Source of the DNA: an uncultured delta proteobacterium
Lineage (GTDB): Bacteria > Desulfobacterota > Binatia > UBA9968
DNA: 64,000 nucleotides
NCBI GenBank assembly: GCA_963745835.1
Contig: CAVUZH010000003.1
Span: 1,344,001 to 1,408,000 of the forward strand
Direction: 5' to 3'
The stretch's first letter is position 1; every line of letters begins with the position of its first letter. Position numbers and translations under genes: made by a program. The notes below the pieces were generated by a model, which searched no databases, was not told the origin of the DNA, and worked only from the letters and a program-made list of their open reading frames with translations. Of this stretch, positions 9,836 to 19,617 are shown piece after piece.

Positions 9836-10663
9836 TTATCTGCCTTTCCAACGCGGCGGCCGTTTTTCGACAAAGGCTTTTGGACCTTCCTTAGCGTCGT
9901 CCGTTTGCAACACCATGCTCTGAAGATCCGACTCATAGCGCAGCCCCTGCTCCAACGTCATTTCGCAGCCTTTATAAATAGCTTCTTTGATATAGCGCAG
10001 CGCCAAGGGCGCGCCTTTTAGAAACGATTGCGCCATTTTTTCACCTGCGGGAACTAATTGATCATAAGATACGAGCTGGTTCACCAATCCGATGCGATAA
10101 CATTCCGCGGCATCGTAAAGTTCGCCGGACAGACAGATTTCCAAAGCTTTTGGAATGCCGACAAGACGCGGCAGCCGCTGCGTTCCACCCGAACCCGCCA
10201 GAAAACCAAGCCGCACTTCACTCAGTCCAAGTCGCGCCCCTTCCGCCGCTATACGAATGTCACACGCCAAACTCATCAAAAGCCCGGTGCCGACGGTATA
10301 ACCATGAAGCAGCGCGATCGTAATCTTATTCATTGCTGCAATCACTGGCGCTGGAGTGCCAGGAATCGCCGAGTTCTTCGACTGGCGCTGCACGAGCGGT
10401 GATTCCGTAGGTTCGATTTCCGTCGCATTCTGCCGCGCACGATCCTTGATATCTCCGCCTACAGAAAACGCGCGCTCGCCATTTGCCTTGAATATAACAA
10501 CCTGAACGTTTGGGTCTTCTTCCGCCGCGCGGCAATAGTCAACGATCGACCTCACCATCTCCCGGTTCACCGCATTCAACGACTCTGGACGATTCAGCGT
10601 GATCCAGGCGGTTTGATTTCTAACTTCGTACAAAACCTTTTCTTCTGCCACCATATTCTCCAT
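9836..10663 (-). CDS. Enoyl-CoA hydratase/isomerase family
   Basis: ITLNRPESLNA, AFSVGGDIK, GLSEVRLG, GGTQRLPRLVG, AFVEKRPPRWKGR. Confidence 0.92.
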   Translation of the reverse strand: MENMVAEEKVLYEVRNQTAWITLNRPESLNAVNREMVRSIVDYCRAAEEDPNVQVVIFKANGERAFSVGGDIKDRARQNATEIEPTESPLVQRQSKNSAIPGTPAPVIAAMNKITIALLHGYTVGTGLLMSLACDIRIAAEGARLGLSEVRLGFLAGSGGTQRLPRLVGIPKALEICLSGELYDAAECYRIGLVNQLVSYDQLVPAGEKMAQSFLKGAPLALRYIKEAIYKGCEMTLEQGLRYESDLQSMVLQTDDAKEGPKAFVEKRPPRWKGR

Positions 10664-10967
10664 TTTGGATTTTAGATCTTGGATCTAGATTATCGGAGAG
10701 GGAGATAAGCTATTGCTGCTCTACCTGTTCGTCCAATGTTCATAAGTCTGTTCACGCTTGCGTATGAAAGCTGGGAGCGAAGGGGCAAGCCTGGAGGCCA
10801 CAGACGTAGAACCGTGCAGATACTGCCAGGCCCGAACTATTGGAATCAGCACCCTGGGGCTGGCGAGGGCGGCCTTGGAGTCAGAGACCCATCGGCTGCG
10901 GCCGGAAGGCTTATCTCTTCGCGTCACTTTCGGAAAGATCCCCAATCCAAAATCGCAAATCCAAAAT
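10662..10967. repeat. ~305-bp element bounded by inverted AAAATC(C/G/T) heptamer arms
   Basis: attttggattttagatcttggatctagatt (10662-10691) and aatccaaaatcgcaaatccaaaat (10944-10967) enclose ~250 bp of unassigned sequence between two crotonase genes. Confidence 0.7.
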
Positions 10968-10970
10968 TCT

Positions 10971-11765
10971 TCATTTCCCCTTCCAAACCGGCGCTCGTTT
11001 TTCGGCGAACGCCCGGGGACCTTCCTTGGCATCTTCCGTTATACCGACCAATGCCGAGAGATCAGCTTCCAACCGCAATCCTTCCTCCAGCGGCAGCTCC
11101 ACCCCCTTCTTGATCGCTTCCTTAATGAACGCAACGGACATCGGCGCGCCTTTAAGTATCCGTTCGGCGAGATCCTCTGTAGTTTTAAGCACGTCGGCAG
11201 AAGGCACCGCGTTATTCACCAATCCCAACGACTTCGCTTCAAGACCGCTTACCGTATCGCCGGTAAGACACATTTCCATGGCTTTGGTGACGCCTACCGC
11301 CCGAGTCAGGCGTTGCGTGCCGCCGGCGCCCGGAATGATACCGCGCCGAACTTCCGTGAGTCCCAGCTTGGCATCCTCAGCCGCGACCCGCAGATCGCAC
11401 GCCAGGGCAAACTCCAATCCGCCGCCGACACAGTAACCGCGAATCGCCGCGATAGTTGGCTTGGTGATCGCCGCTACAGCGCGTGCCTGGGTGTAAATTT
11501 TATTGGTCAATTTCTGCTGGCGCCGTTCGATGGGCGAAAATGATGTTTCCGCCCGCTCCTTGAGATCCATCCCTGCTGAAAACGCCTTTTCGCCGGCGCC
11601 TGTGAATATCGCCACACGAATCCCGCTATCCTCCTCCACTTGCTGGCAAACATCGACCAACTCCCGTGTCATCTGTCGATTCATTGCATTGAGTGAATCA
11701 GGCCGGTTGAAGGTTATGAAGGCAATCTGATCGCGGGTTTGGTAAAGTATGGTTTGGAAATCCAT
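10971..11765 (-). CDS. Enoyl-CoA hydratase (crotonase family)
   Basis: AFSAGMDLKE, GYCVGGGLEFALACD, GLTEVRRG (both catalytic Glu positions present), AFAEKRAPVWKGK. Confidence 0.93.
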   Translation of the reverse strand: MDFQTILYQTRDQIAFITFNRPDSLNAMNRQMTRELVDVCQQVEEDSGIRVAIFTGAGEKAFSAGMDLKERAETSFSPIERRQQKLTNKIYTQARAVAAITKPTIAAIRGYCVGGGLEFALACDLRVAAEDAKLGLTEVRRGIIPGAGGTQRLTRAVGVTKAMEMCLTGDTVSGLEAKSLGLVNNAVPSADVLKTTEDLAERILKGAPMSVAFIKEAIKKGVELPLEEGLRLEADLSALVGITEDAKEGPRAFAEKRAPVWKGK

Positions 11766-11780
11766 TGAGTGCTACCTCTT

Positions 11781-12848
11781 CTAACGCGGTTTTGTTTTCC
11801 TCTCCTGTTGAAGCTTCTGTAGAAACGACAAATCGAGAAGCTCTTCGGCTTTTAACCCCATGCCGGCAAGGTTCTTATCGTTGGCGATGACATTCTCGAT
11901 TGCCTTGGCGGTAATAAACGGCAGCCCCGGTGTCACCTGGCTATAGGCGCGGCGCGTTTCCTCAAGCTCTTCAATCGCCTTGGATCTGAAATATTGGCCA
12001 AGGTACTCGAGAACCTTTTCTTTATTATTCTCGTCGCGATAAAAATCCATGCCGTCAGCTAACCCGCGCATAAAATTCATCACCGTCTCCGGTTCGGCGC
12101 GAATAAACGACGTCGTCGTCACCACGCCGGAAATGGTGTATTCGAAATCGACCTTGGCGAGATCGACGAAAATGGGAAGACCGGCCTTGCGCGCAAGCAA
12201 TGTGAGCGGCGGTTGCACGATGGTCCCTTGAACATGCCCACCGTTCAATGCGGCCCATCTCTCTCCGGCCGCGCCGACGGCGACGATCGTCACGTCTTTC
12301 TCCGGGTTCAAACCAACCTGGCGCAGCGCATAACGCGCAACGAAATCCGAGCTCGAGCCGATCTGGCTTACAGCGATCCGTTTCCCTTTTAAGTCCGCCG
12401 GAGTTTTAATCGTCGAATTGCCCACCAGGATGTAATCGAGCTTGTTGCCGACAGCGCCGACGTATCGAAGCTCCTTTGCCCCCTGCGCCCAGGCATTAAC
12501 AATCGCCGATGCGCCTTGCATTTCGATCAACACGTCCCGGGCAAGCAGCGCCTGCACGCCCTGAACCCCGCCCCGGATGAAAATCGGTCGAACACGGATG
12601 CCGTGTTTTTCAAATGATCCAGAGCGGTGCGCCACCCAGAAATAGCTCGTCGAACCGCCAAATGGATAGCCGATGTTGAGCTCGCGAAAGGATTTGGATT
12701 GAGCAAGAAGCAGGGAAGGCGCTAACGAAATTAATAGGATAAGAACTAAAATAACGGCTAGTGTGTAAACCGAAGAATATAATTTTGAATTTTGGATTTT
12801 GGATTTTATATTATCGGATAAGAAAGTCTCTGGGCTCCTTAACTTCAT
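11781..12848 (-). CDS. ABC transporter substrate-binding protein, NMT1/THI5/SsuA-like
   Basis: Hydrophobic signal segment, IKTPADLKGKRIAVSQIGSSSD, GLNPEKDVTIV; N-terminal extension KSKIQNSK is encoded by a heptamer repeat arm. Confidence 0.9.
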   Translation of the reverse strand: MKLRSPETFLSDNIKSKIQNSKLYSSVYTLAVILVLILLISLAPSLLLAQSKSFRELNIGYPFGGSTSYFWVAHRSGSFEKHGIRVRPIFIRGGVQGVQALLARDVLIEMQGASAIVNAWAQGAKELRYVGAVGNKLDYILVGNSTIKTPADLKGKRIAVSQIGSSSDFVARYALRQVGLNPEKDVTIVAVGAAGERWAALNGGHVQGTIVQPPLTLLARKAGLPIFVDLAKVDFEYTISGVVTTTSFIRAEPETVMNFMRGLADGMDFYRDENNKEKVLEYLGQYFRSKAIEELEETRRAYSQVTPGLPFITAKAIENVIANDKNLAGMGLKAEELLDLSFLQKLQQERKTKPR

Positions 12849-12897
12849 TCTATCCTCCGATCTTCAATCTAAAATCCAAAATCGAGAATCCAAAATC
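12781..12897. repeat. Inverted heptamer-repeat pair enclosing the RBS and ATG of the 11781-12848 gene
   Basis: aattttgaattttggattttggatttt (12781-12807) and aatctaaaatccaaaatcgagaatccaaaatc (12866-12897). Confidence 0.8.
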
Positions 12898-12898
12898 G

Positions 12899-13318
12899 TC
12901 ATCCCGCCAACTCAAAACATGGCAGTTTGATTTCCGGGTTGTGCGTCTGCTCAAAAACGACCTTCACCTTGTCGCCGAGCTTTACCTTCTCTTTCTTCTC
13001 GCCCACCAGTTTACTCTCGACGATGACCCCTTCGTCTAAAATTACATTGATATAATAAATCGGAACCTCATCTTTGAAGGCGGGATTGCGTGGCACACGC
13101 ACCAGAGTAAAACTGTGAATCTTGCCTGTGCCCTTACATTCGATCCAATCGAGCTCGCCGAAACAATCGACGCAGGCGACCCGCGGAAAAAACTGCACCT
13201 TGCCGCAGGCGCGGCATTTTTGCAGCAAGAACTTACTGTGGGCGGCGCCTTCCCAGAACGGCTGGTCGACCTTATTCACCTTGGGTATGCTCTTCTGAGG
13301 CATTCTTGCTTCTGCCAT
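12899..13318 (-). CDS. DUF35-type Zn-ribbon/OB-fold protein
   Basis: PFWEGAAHSKFLLQKCRACG..FFPRVACVDC..GTGKIHSFT; overlaps the thiolase stop. Confidence 0.92.
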   Translation of the reverse strand: MAEARMPQKSIPKVNKVDQPFWEGAAHSKFLLQKCRACGKVQFFPRVACVDCFGELDWIECKGTGKIHSFTLVRVPRNPAFKDEVPIYYINVILDEGVIVESKLVGEKKEKVKLGDKVKVVFEQTHNPEIKLPCFELAG

Positions 13319-14469
13319 TATTGTCTCCTTTCCATGACCAGCGCCGCCGTGGTGCCGAGATTACGCCCGTAGTTGAGCCAACCGATGCCAGTGACCAGCG
13401 CGCGTTTCGCGTTCTTTACCTGGTGGCCATCGGCTTCGCCGCGCAATTGACGCAGCGCCTCGACGATGTGAAGAAATCCACCGGCCAGCCCAGCTTGACC
13501 CACCGACAACTCTCCACCGCCTGTGTTCACAGGGAAATCACCTTTGTAAGTGAGATCGTGCGCATCGACGAATTTTCCGCCGTCCCCTTTTTTGCAAAAC
13601 CCCAAATCTTCTATCTGAATCATGACCGCGATCGGGTAGTCGTCATAAATTTCCAGAAGATCGATATCCTCGTGCCGTACCTCGGAAAAGATGCGATCGC
13701 CGACCACCTTCATGCCGAAGGTGGTTTTATCGGGCATCATATTGGCGACTTGATAATGCGAGATCTCAGCGTCGGTGACCAGATAAACGAGCTTGTCCGT
13801 GATCTTTTTTGCTTTCTCTTCGGACGCCAGGATAACGCATTCGGCGCCGGAACACGGCATGACGCAATCGAAGAGCCGAATCGGATCGGAAATCATCCGC
13901 GAATTGAGATAATCCTGCATGCTCATCGTTTGGCGAAATAACGCCTGCGGATTGTTGAGCGCGTTTTCGCGCTGCGCCACGGCGATCTTGCCGATCTGTT
14001 CGAGTGTCGTGCCGTAGTTTTCCATGTGGAGGCGCTGAATCAGCGCCATCAAGGAATTCGGCCCGCCGTAACCATAAACGTCGACAAAGTTGGCGCGCTG
14101 ATATTCCAGCGGCCTTTGAGTGGGGAGACTTTTATCGAAAGAGTTGCCGCCCACCAGCACGGCAATATCGAGGTGGCCGCACTCTATGGCATCTGCGGCT
14201 CGGCGCGCGCTCATGACTCCGCCGGCGCCGCCATAGTCGCCGTTCAAAACCCAATCAACCTCAAGACCCAATTGCTCCGCGACGTGCGGCGAAAAATCCG
14301 GGCTGGCCTGGGTCGTGATCGAGAGCCCGCGCACCTCTTTCTTGTGCAGGCCGGCGCGCTCGAGCGCCTGTCGGATCGCATTAGCATAATGTGTCAACAC
14401 CGATTCTTCGGATTTCCTCGAGTATTCCGTCGAGCCGTAGCCAACTAAACAAACTCTTTTCCGTCGCAT
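13318..14469 (-). CDS. Thiolase-fold protein (SCP2/Ltp2-like lipid-transfer-protein type)
   Basis: DYLNSRMISDPIRLFDC, EIYDDYP, PVNTGGGELS; no nucleophilic Cys in GDYGGAGG. Confidence 0.9.
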   Translation of the reverse strand: MRRKRVCLVGYGSTEYSRKSEESVLTHYANAIRQALERAGLHKKEVRGLSITTQASPDFSPHVAEQLGLEVDWVLNGDYGGAGGVMSARRAADAIECGHLDIAVLVGGNSFDKSLPTQRPLEYQRANFVDVYGYGGPNSLMALIQRLHMENYGTTLEQIGKIAVAQRENALNNPQALFRQTMSMQDYLNSRMISDPIRLFDCVMPCSGAECVILASEEKAKKITDKLVYLVTDAEISHYQVANMMPDKTTFGMKVVGDRIFSEVRHEDIDLLEIYDDYPIAVMIQIEDLGFCKKGDGGKFVDAHDLTYKGDFPVNTGGGELSVGQAGLAGGFLHIVEALRQLRGEADGHQVKNAKRALVTGIGWLNYGRNLGTTAALVMERRQ

Positions 14470-14520
14470 GATTCTCTCCCTGGTTAATCTTTAGATAGAC
14501 TTTCGCTGATCACTTCTGGC

Positions 14521-15651
14521 TTAGCGCTTCAGGCCCACCTTCAAGAATGTTTGGCCCATAGCCCGGTTCAGCTCGGCTTCACGCCCATAGAGCAGACGTA
14601 GCATCCGCGTTTCTCGATAGAACCCTTCGAACGGAAACTCTTTACAGACGCCGTAGCCGCCATGGATCTGGATCGCGGTATCTGCGGCGCCAAATGCCAT
14701 GGTTGCGGATCTCTTTTTTGCCAGCGCCGCCGCATCGAAAAACGGCAAACTCTGATCGGCGCGGGAGGCAGCTTCTATAGTCAACCACGTGCAGCTGCGA
14801 AGATTCACTGACAAATCCGCCAGCATCCACTGAATTGCCTGACGCTGCGCCAGCGTTCTGCCGAACGTTTCGCGAGTTCGCGCATGCTCGATGGCGTCAG
14901 CCAAACAGCGCATGCCGATACCGAGGCAGCGCGCGGCAATGCGCAGCTGCTCGGCGGCAAGAATTTCTCCAGCCTCATATTCGTACCCGAGCAAGCGGCT
15001 TTCGGGAACTTCGAAATCACGCAGCTTCAGCCGCCCCATTGCCGCATCGTTTGTTAAATCGACTTCTTCCTCTATGGAGAGTCCGTGATCACTTTTTTGG
15101 ACCAGAAACAGGCCGATTCGGTGCGTCCCCTGTTCCCGGGCTGGCAGCAGGAACAAATCAGCGGATGGACTATAGATCGTGATCTCGCTGTTGCTGATGC
15201 TAAAGCCTGCGGCTCCAGGACGATAACGAGTACTAATTCCATCGAGGGTACCGGTTTTGTGAATCTGATCAAACGCCAAGGCCAAGGAGCACTTGCCGGC
15301 TTGCAGGTCTTTGGCGAAATCGGTCTTAGCCAACAGCGCCGGAGCGCAGGCTGGCTCGAACGGCAGGATGCTTCGGCCGAACTCGCGATAGACCAGAACC
15401 CGGCCCAAATAGCCGATTGGTTCGGCCCCGGACTCAGGCAACTCAAGCGTCCATACGCCTAACCGCTGCGCGATGCTTGTCAGTGTCTGATGAATGTCCG
15501 CATCCAATCGACGGCGCGGTGGATCGCCGGGCGGCAGGAAGTGTTCCCGTTGCCTGAGATAATCGCCTTCGCGCGTGAGCAATTCCTTTTTGACAAATTG
15601 AACTGCCGTGCTCTGAATCAGCTTCTCTTCTTCGTTCAGTTTGAAGTCCAT
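14521..15651 (-). CDS. Acyl-CoA dehydrogenase family, non-catalytic beta-type subunit
   Basis: Retains RETFGRTLAQRQAIQ and AIQIHGGYG but lacks the TEP..G.D motif and the catalytic Glu (RLLYGRE). Confidence 0.85.
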   Translation of the reverse strand: MDFKLNEEEKLIQSTAVQFVKKELLTREGDYLRQREHFLPPGDPPRRRLDADIHQTLTSIAQRLGVWTLELPESGAEPIGYLGRVLVYREFGRSILPFEPACAPALLAKTDFAKDLQAGKCSLALAFDQIHKTGTLDGISTRYRPGAAGFSISNSEITIYSPSADLFLLPAREQGTHRIGLFLVQKSDHGLSIEEEVDLTNDAAMGRLKLRDFEVPESRLLGYEYEAGEILAAEQLRIAARCLGIGMRCLADAIEHARTRETFGRTLAQRQAIQWMLADLSVNLRSCTWLTIEAASRADQSLPFFDAAALAKKRSATMAFGAADTAIQIHGGYGVCKEFPFEGFYRETRMLRLLYGREAELNRAMGQTFLKVGLKR

Positions 15652-15682
15652 GGTTTATCGCGAAATGATATCCGACTCCGCC

Positions 15683-16879
15683 TTATGGCAGTTCGAGGCC
15701 GGCAACGCCTTCACGAAAAAGCGCCCGCTGGATGATATGGCGCTGTATCTCGGAAGGACCTTCAATGATTCGCCGAGCGCGCGCGTGACGAAAATAACGC
15801 GCCAATACATGGCTCTTGCGCAGCATCGCTGGCCCGGCGATTTCCAGAGCGAAATCGACGATCTTGTGCAACAGTTCAGTGCCGAACAATTTAACGTTAG
15901 CCGCCTCCGAGCGAACGTCCATCTTCTGATCGGCTTTCCATGCGCCGAAATAACTTAAGGTCCGCAGCGCTTCCAATTCACCTAGAAAATAACCGATTCG
16001 CTCGACGAATTTACTCGCTTCGGCCGAGTCGCCGCCGAGCAACTGCGCGACAACTCGCAGAACCCGTTGCGCCATGCCGTGAGCGCGAATGCCGACTTGA
16101 AAACGACGCGCGCCCAGCCATGCTTGATTGAGCGCCCAGCCGTTACCGACTTCACCGAGAACTTGACTGCGAGGCACACGGCAATCTTCGAAGACCAGTT
16201 CGCAAGGCTCGCTGCCGGCGATCGTTTCGATGCTACGGGTCACGCGATACCCTGGCGTCCCGGTCTCGATTAAGAAACAAGTTACACCTTCCCTACCCTT
16301 CGTATCCGGCAAACGGGCGAACAGCTGCACGAAATCCGCCACGTCAGCGAAGGTCGGAAACATTTTTGTGCCGTTGATAATGAAGTGATCGCCATCCGGC
16401 ACCGCGATGGTTTGCAGCATCGAAGGATCGGCGCCCGAAGCAGGTTCGGTCAAGCCGAAGGCCGAGGTCTTCTCGCCGCGAATGCACGGCCAAAGAAACT
16501 TATCGATCTGATCGCCTTTGCAGTTGTACAGGATATTGGAAACGTGATTGCCAAACTCGAACGGGATGGCGCTTTTTTCCAGCTCCTCAGTAACAGCGAG
16601 CATCGCCACATTGCTCACTTGCATACCACCGTACTCTTTTGGAACATCGAGATGCCAAAGGCCTTGAGCCTCAGCCTGCGTCTCAAGATTTTCCATTATC
16701 TCGATGTAGCGTAGTATCACCGGATCGCGGCTTAATCTGGCGCGACTCTTCCACCGGCTGCCTTCGAAAATGTCGGGAGCATCTTCGAACTGCGGTTCGA
16801 GCGGAATCAAACGTTCGCGGACAAACTCCTCGACGGTCTTCCGCAAAGTCTCTTCTTCGGGTGACAAGCGAAAATCCAT
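15683..16879 (-). CDS. Acyl-CoA dehydrogenase, catalytic alpha-type subunit
   Basis: FGLTEPASGAD, INGTKMF, RIIEGPSEIQR. Confidence 0.9.
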   Translation of the reverse strand: MDFRLSPEEETLRKTVEEFVRERLIPLEPQFEDAPDIFEGSRWKSRARLSRDPVILRYIEIMENLETQAEAQGLWHLDVPKEYGGMQVSNVAMLAVTEELEKSAIPFEFGNHVSNILYNCKGDQIDKFLWPCIRGEKTSAFGLTEPASGADPSMLQTIAVPDGDHFIINGTKMFPTFADVADFVQLFARLPDTKGREGVTCFLIETGTPGYRVTRSIETIAGSEPCELVFEDCRVPRSQVLGEVGNGWALNQAWLGARRFQVGIRAHGMAQRVLRVVAQLLGGDSAEASKFVERIGYFLGELEALRTLSYFGAWKADQKMDVRSEAANVKLFGTELLHKIVDFALEIAGPAMLRKSHVLARYFRHARARRIIEGPSEIQRHIIQRALFREGVAGLELP

Positions 16880-17209
16880 CTAGGCTTTCCTCATACGAAT
16901 AATGACTCTGATCGTTTTAGCGGGCCCGGTCATGACAATGTCCAGCACCCCTTACCACACCTGAAAATAAACCAAAAGATAAAATCATCTATCGTCCAGT
17001 CTGCAGTAAGTACTTGCCCTCAGGAAGCTGGTTGAAATGTTGCGTCGCTTTTTACTTCAACAGATTATTTGAATCCGGGACATCATCACGTGACCAGGAA
17101 AATTTGAACCTTGCCGCCTCCCCAAGAGACAGCGGGAGCGGCGCGCTGAGATACTTTCGAGTGAATGTTCATCGCCCGCGACGAATTGGTAGAGCCAAAT
17201 GTTGCGACT

Positions 17210-18472
17210 CTAGCCGATCTGACCAGTCGCTTTGAGCCAAGAGCGATTTAGGCTTGCGAAGAACAGGCCCGCTACGATGTAAACAACAACCAGAGACCAT
17301 AACAAGGGCTCATAGGTATTCCAGCGGTCGAAGATCGCGCCGGCCACCACAGGTCCAATAACGCCTCCCCAGGTGTAAAACAAAGTCATATAACCCCGTA
17401 TCTGGGCGTAGTGCTTTCTGCCAAACAAGTCTCCAACCACCGCCCAACCCAGCGGAAAAGTAGTTTCTACAGCGGCAAAGAAGATTGTGAAGAGGCATAG
17501 TGACCAGAGCGAGTTTCCGGCAATGGGCAAGAACATGGCACCCGCGGCGGCAAACAAGATGAACGCGGTTAAGCGCGGCTTGTTCGTTTTATCTGCAAAC
17601 CACCCCAGGATGAGAGTCAAGGCCATTCCAAGAAACGCATAGACGCTCAACAACAAAGCCGCCTCCGACTGGCTCAAGCCTTTCCAAACCATCAGCGGCA
17701 CAAAATGAACGGCGATGGCATGATAGGAGCCATTGCGAATACCTGCGGCCAAGACGGAGCCCCAGAATGCAAAAGAGCGCAGCGCCTCGGCCAACGTCAC
17801 TTCGCGTTCCGATTTGATCTTGTGCTCGCTGCCGTCGTTGCCGGAGGCATGGCTCAAAGGCATGTCCCCGTCGGGCAGGAGTCCCATGCTTTCGGGCGAA
17901 CGCCGAATCGTCAAGGTCAAAGGTATGCCGATCACTAGAAACAAGATTCCGGCGATGGCTGCTCCCCAGCGCCATCCCCACGCCTGGACGACAACGCTTA
18001 GAAGTGGAGCAATGAGAACCCCGCCCAATCCGAAAGCGGCGCTGCTCACGGTTATGGCACGAGCGCGGTGTCGGATAAACCATGTGTTGATTAACACCAT
18101 TGGCGCATGCATGAATCCGCCTGCGTGAGCTAGAGAAATAACCGCTAAGTAAACGATCAAAAAACTGACATAGCTCTCAACCTGAGAGAGCAGCAGGTAA
18201 CCCATGCCCATAAGGAGAACCGCGGCCAGCATGATCGGCTTGGGACCGAAACGGCCTAGCAGGTGGCCTACGATGGGGCCTTCGATTGCCCCTTCCGCCC
18301 GCGCCAGTGAAAATGCCAAGGAGGTTGAGGTTCGATTCAAATTCAAATCTTGGGTCAGCGGAAGAAAGAACACGGTAAAACCGAAACTATGAAGTCCGGA
18401 GCCCAACACGCGCAGGGCGCACGCGGCAGCCACCATGCGCCAGCCGTAAAAAAGTCCGGTTAATTTGGGCAA
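17210..18472 (-). CDS. MFS transporter (OFA/MCT-like)
   Basis: FYGWRMV start, ~12 hydrophobic segments, GWFADK, DLFGRKHY. Confidence 0.9.
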   Translation of the reverse strand: MPKLTGLFYGWRMVAAACALRVLGSGLHSFGFTVFFLPLTQDLNLNRTSTSLAFSLARAEGAIEGPIVGHLLGRFGPKPIMLAAVLLMGMGYLLLSQVESYVSFLIVYLAVISLAHAGGFMHAPMVLINTWFIRHRARAITVSSAAFGLGGVLIAPLLSVVVQAWGWRWGAAIAGILFLVIGIPLTLTIRRSPESMGLLPDGDMPLSHASGNDGSEHKIKSEREVTLAEALRSFAFWGSVLAAGIRNGSYHAIAVHFVPLMVWKGLSQSEAALLLSVYAFLGMALTLILGWFADKTNKPRLTAFILFAAAGAMFLPIAGNSLWSLCLFTIFFAAVETTFPLGWAVVGDLFGRKHYAQIRGYMTLFYTWGGVIGPVVAGAIFDRWNTYEPLLWSLVVVYIVAGLFFASLNRSWLKATGQIG

Positions 18473-18666
18473 AGAGACAGGTCCTGTAGGATGATTCGGA
18501 ATTACTTCAACGTTGACTTAGCACGACCTGGCGTAGAGGGAAAGCCAGACTACTCGTCTGCTCTGGCGCCAGACTTTCATCCAGCTTGTTTTTCGGCCCG
18601 GCAAATCATATCTATCGACCAGAGAATCATGAGTTGTTGACAGATGAGCAAATCTTCGGAAAGACT

Positions 18667-19020
18667 ATGTTCATGAAGTCCGAGCGTGAAAAACGGGAAG
18701 AAGAAATCGAGAGGCTGATGCGAGAAGCTGGCCTAAAACGAGAGCCCGACATCGCGTTTCAGGAAGCAATCAAGAAGGCGGCAGCTGCCATCGTTGAGGA
18801 AGATGCCAAGAAACTTGCGAAGACCGAGCGAGTGCCACGCGATTGGTCGATTAGCCCGACCACAGCCGCGCTGTGGCTGCTAGTGCTCGGAGCCGGCGTG
18901 GCGTTTTCAATGCCGAGCTTGGGCGCGGCGCTAATACTTTGCGGCATCGCGGTATTCGTCTGGGCCACTTTCCTGAGATCGTCCAAAAAGAAGGCGCGGC
19001 GTCGCCACATTCAAACCTAG
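18667..19020 (+). CDS. Hypothetical membrane protein
   Basis: Charged N-terminal helix, two C-terminal TM segments, basic tail. Confidence 0.6.
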   Translation: MFMKSEREKREEEIERLMREAGLKREPDIAFQEAIKKAAAAIVEEDAKKLAKTERVPRDWSISPTTAALWLLVLGAGVAFSMPSLGAALILCGIAVFVWATFLRSSKKKARRRHIQT

Positions 19021-19263
19021 TACTTTCATTGCTGCCCGGCTGGTTCTTTTCTACGGGATGATTCCGGAACATGATCGCGATTCATGTCAGCGGCCTTATC
19101 ACCACTCGGCCGGATAAGGTATTCCTCACTTTGAGGTACTTTCGTGCGCCAAGCCGTTCCGCTCCGGCGACCCAAATTGAACTTTCATTGACTCGCGCTT
19201 TTATATGCCCTTTGATACTTATGTGAACTTGGTTATCATTGATCACCCGCCTCCCAGTGGAAG

Positions 19264-19617
19264 ATGCCTAGAAAGGTTCTTGTTGTCGATAATGAATCCG
19301 CCAGTCGCAGAAACATTGCGTTTCTTTTACGGGAGCAAGGTTATGAAGTCGACGAAGCAGATGATGGGCTCACTGCATTAGACTTTTTAGATAAAAAGAA
19401 ATTCGATCTGTTAATCTGTGACGTCGTGATGCCGCGCGTGAGCGCGCTCGACGTGGTCCGCCGAATAGAATCGTCGCTCACATCCACTCCAGTTATCCTT
19501 ATAACTGGACACCCCGAATTGCTCGATGAGAAAAGCCTTGGACATTTACCCTGCTTCACCAAACCTTTCAATCTGTATGATCTACTCCGCAGAGTGAAAC
19601 AGTTGGTAGATGAATGA
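19264..19617 (+). CDS. Single-domain response regulator (CheY-like receiver)
   Basis: VLVVDNE, FDLLICDVVMP, ILITG, TKPF. Confidence 0.9.
   Translation: MPRKVLVVDNESASRRNIAFLLREQGYEVDEADDGLTALDFLDKKKFDLLICDVVMPRVSALDVVRRIESSLTSTPVILITGHPELLDEKSLGHLPCFTKPFNLYDLLRRVKQLVDE

Noticed and set aside
10721-11543. ORFs spanning the heptamer-bounded insert
   Set aside because: Overlap the crotonase out of frame or antisense; no recognisable protein in the 250-bp cargo.
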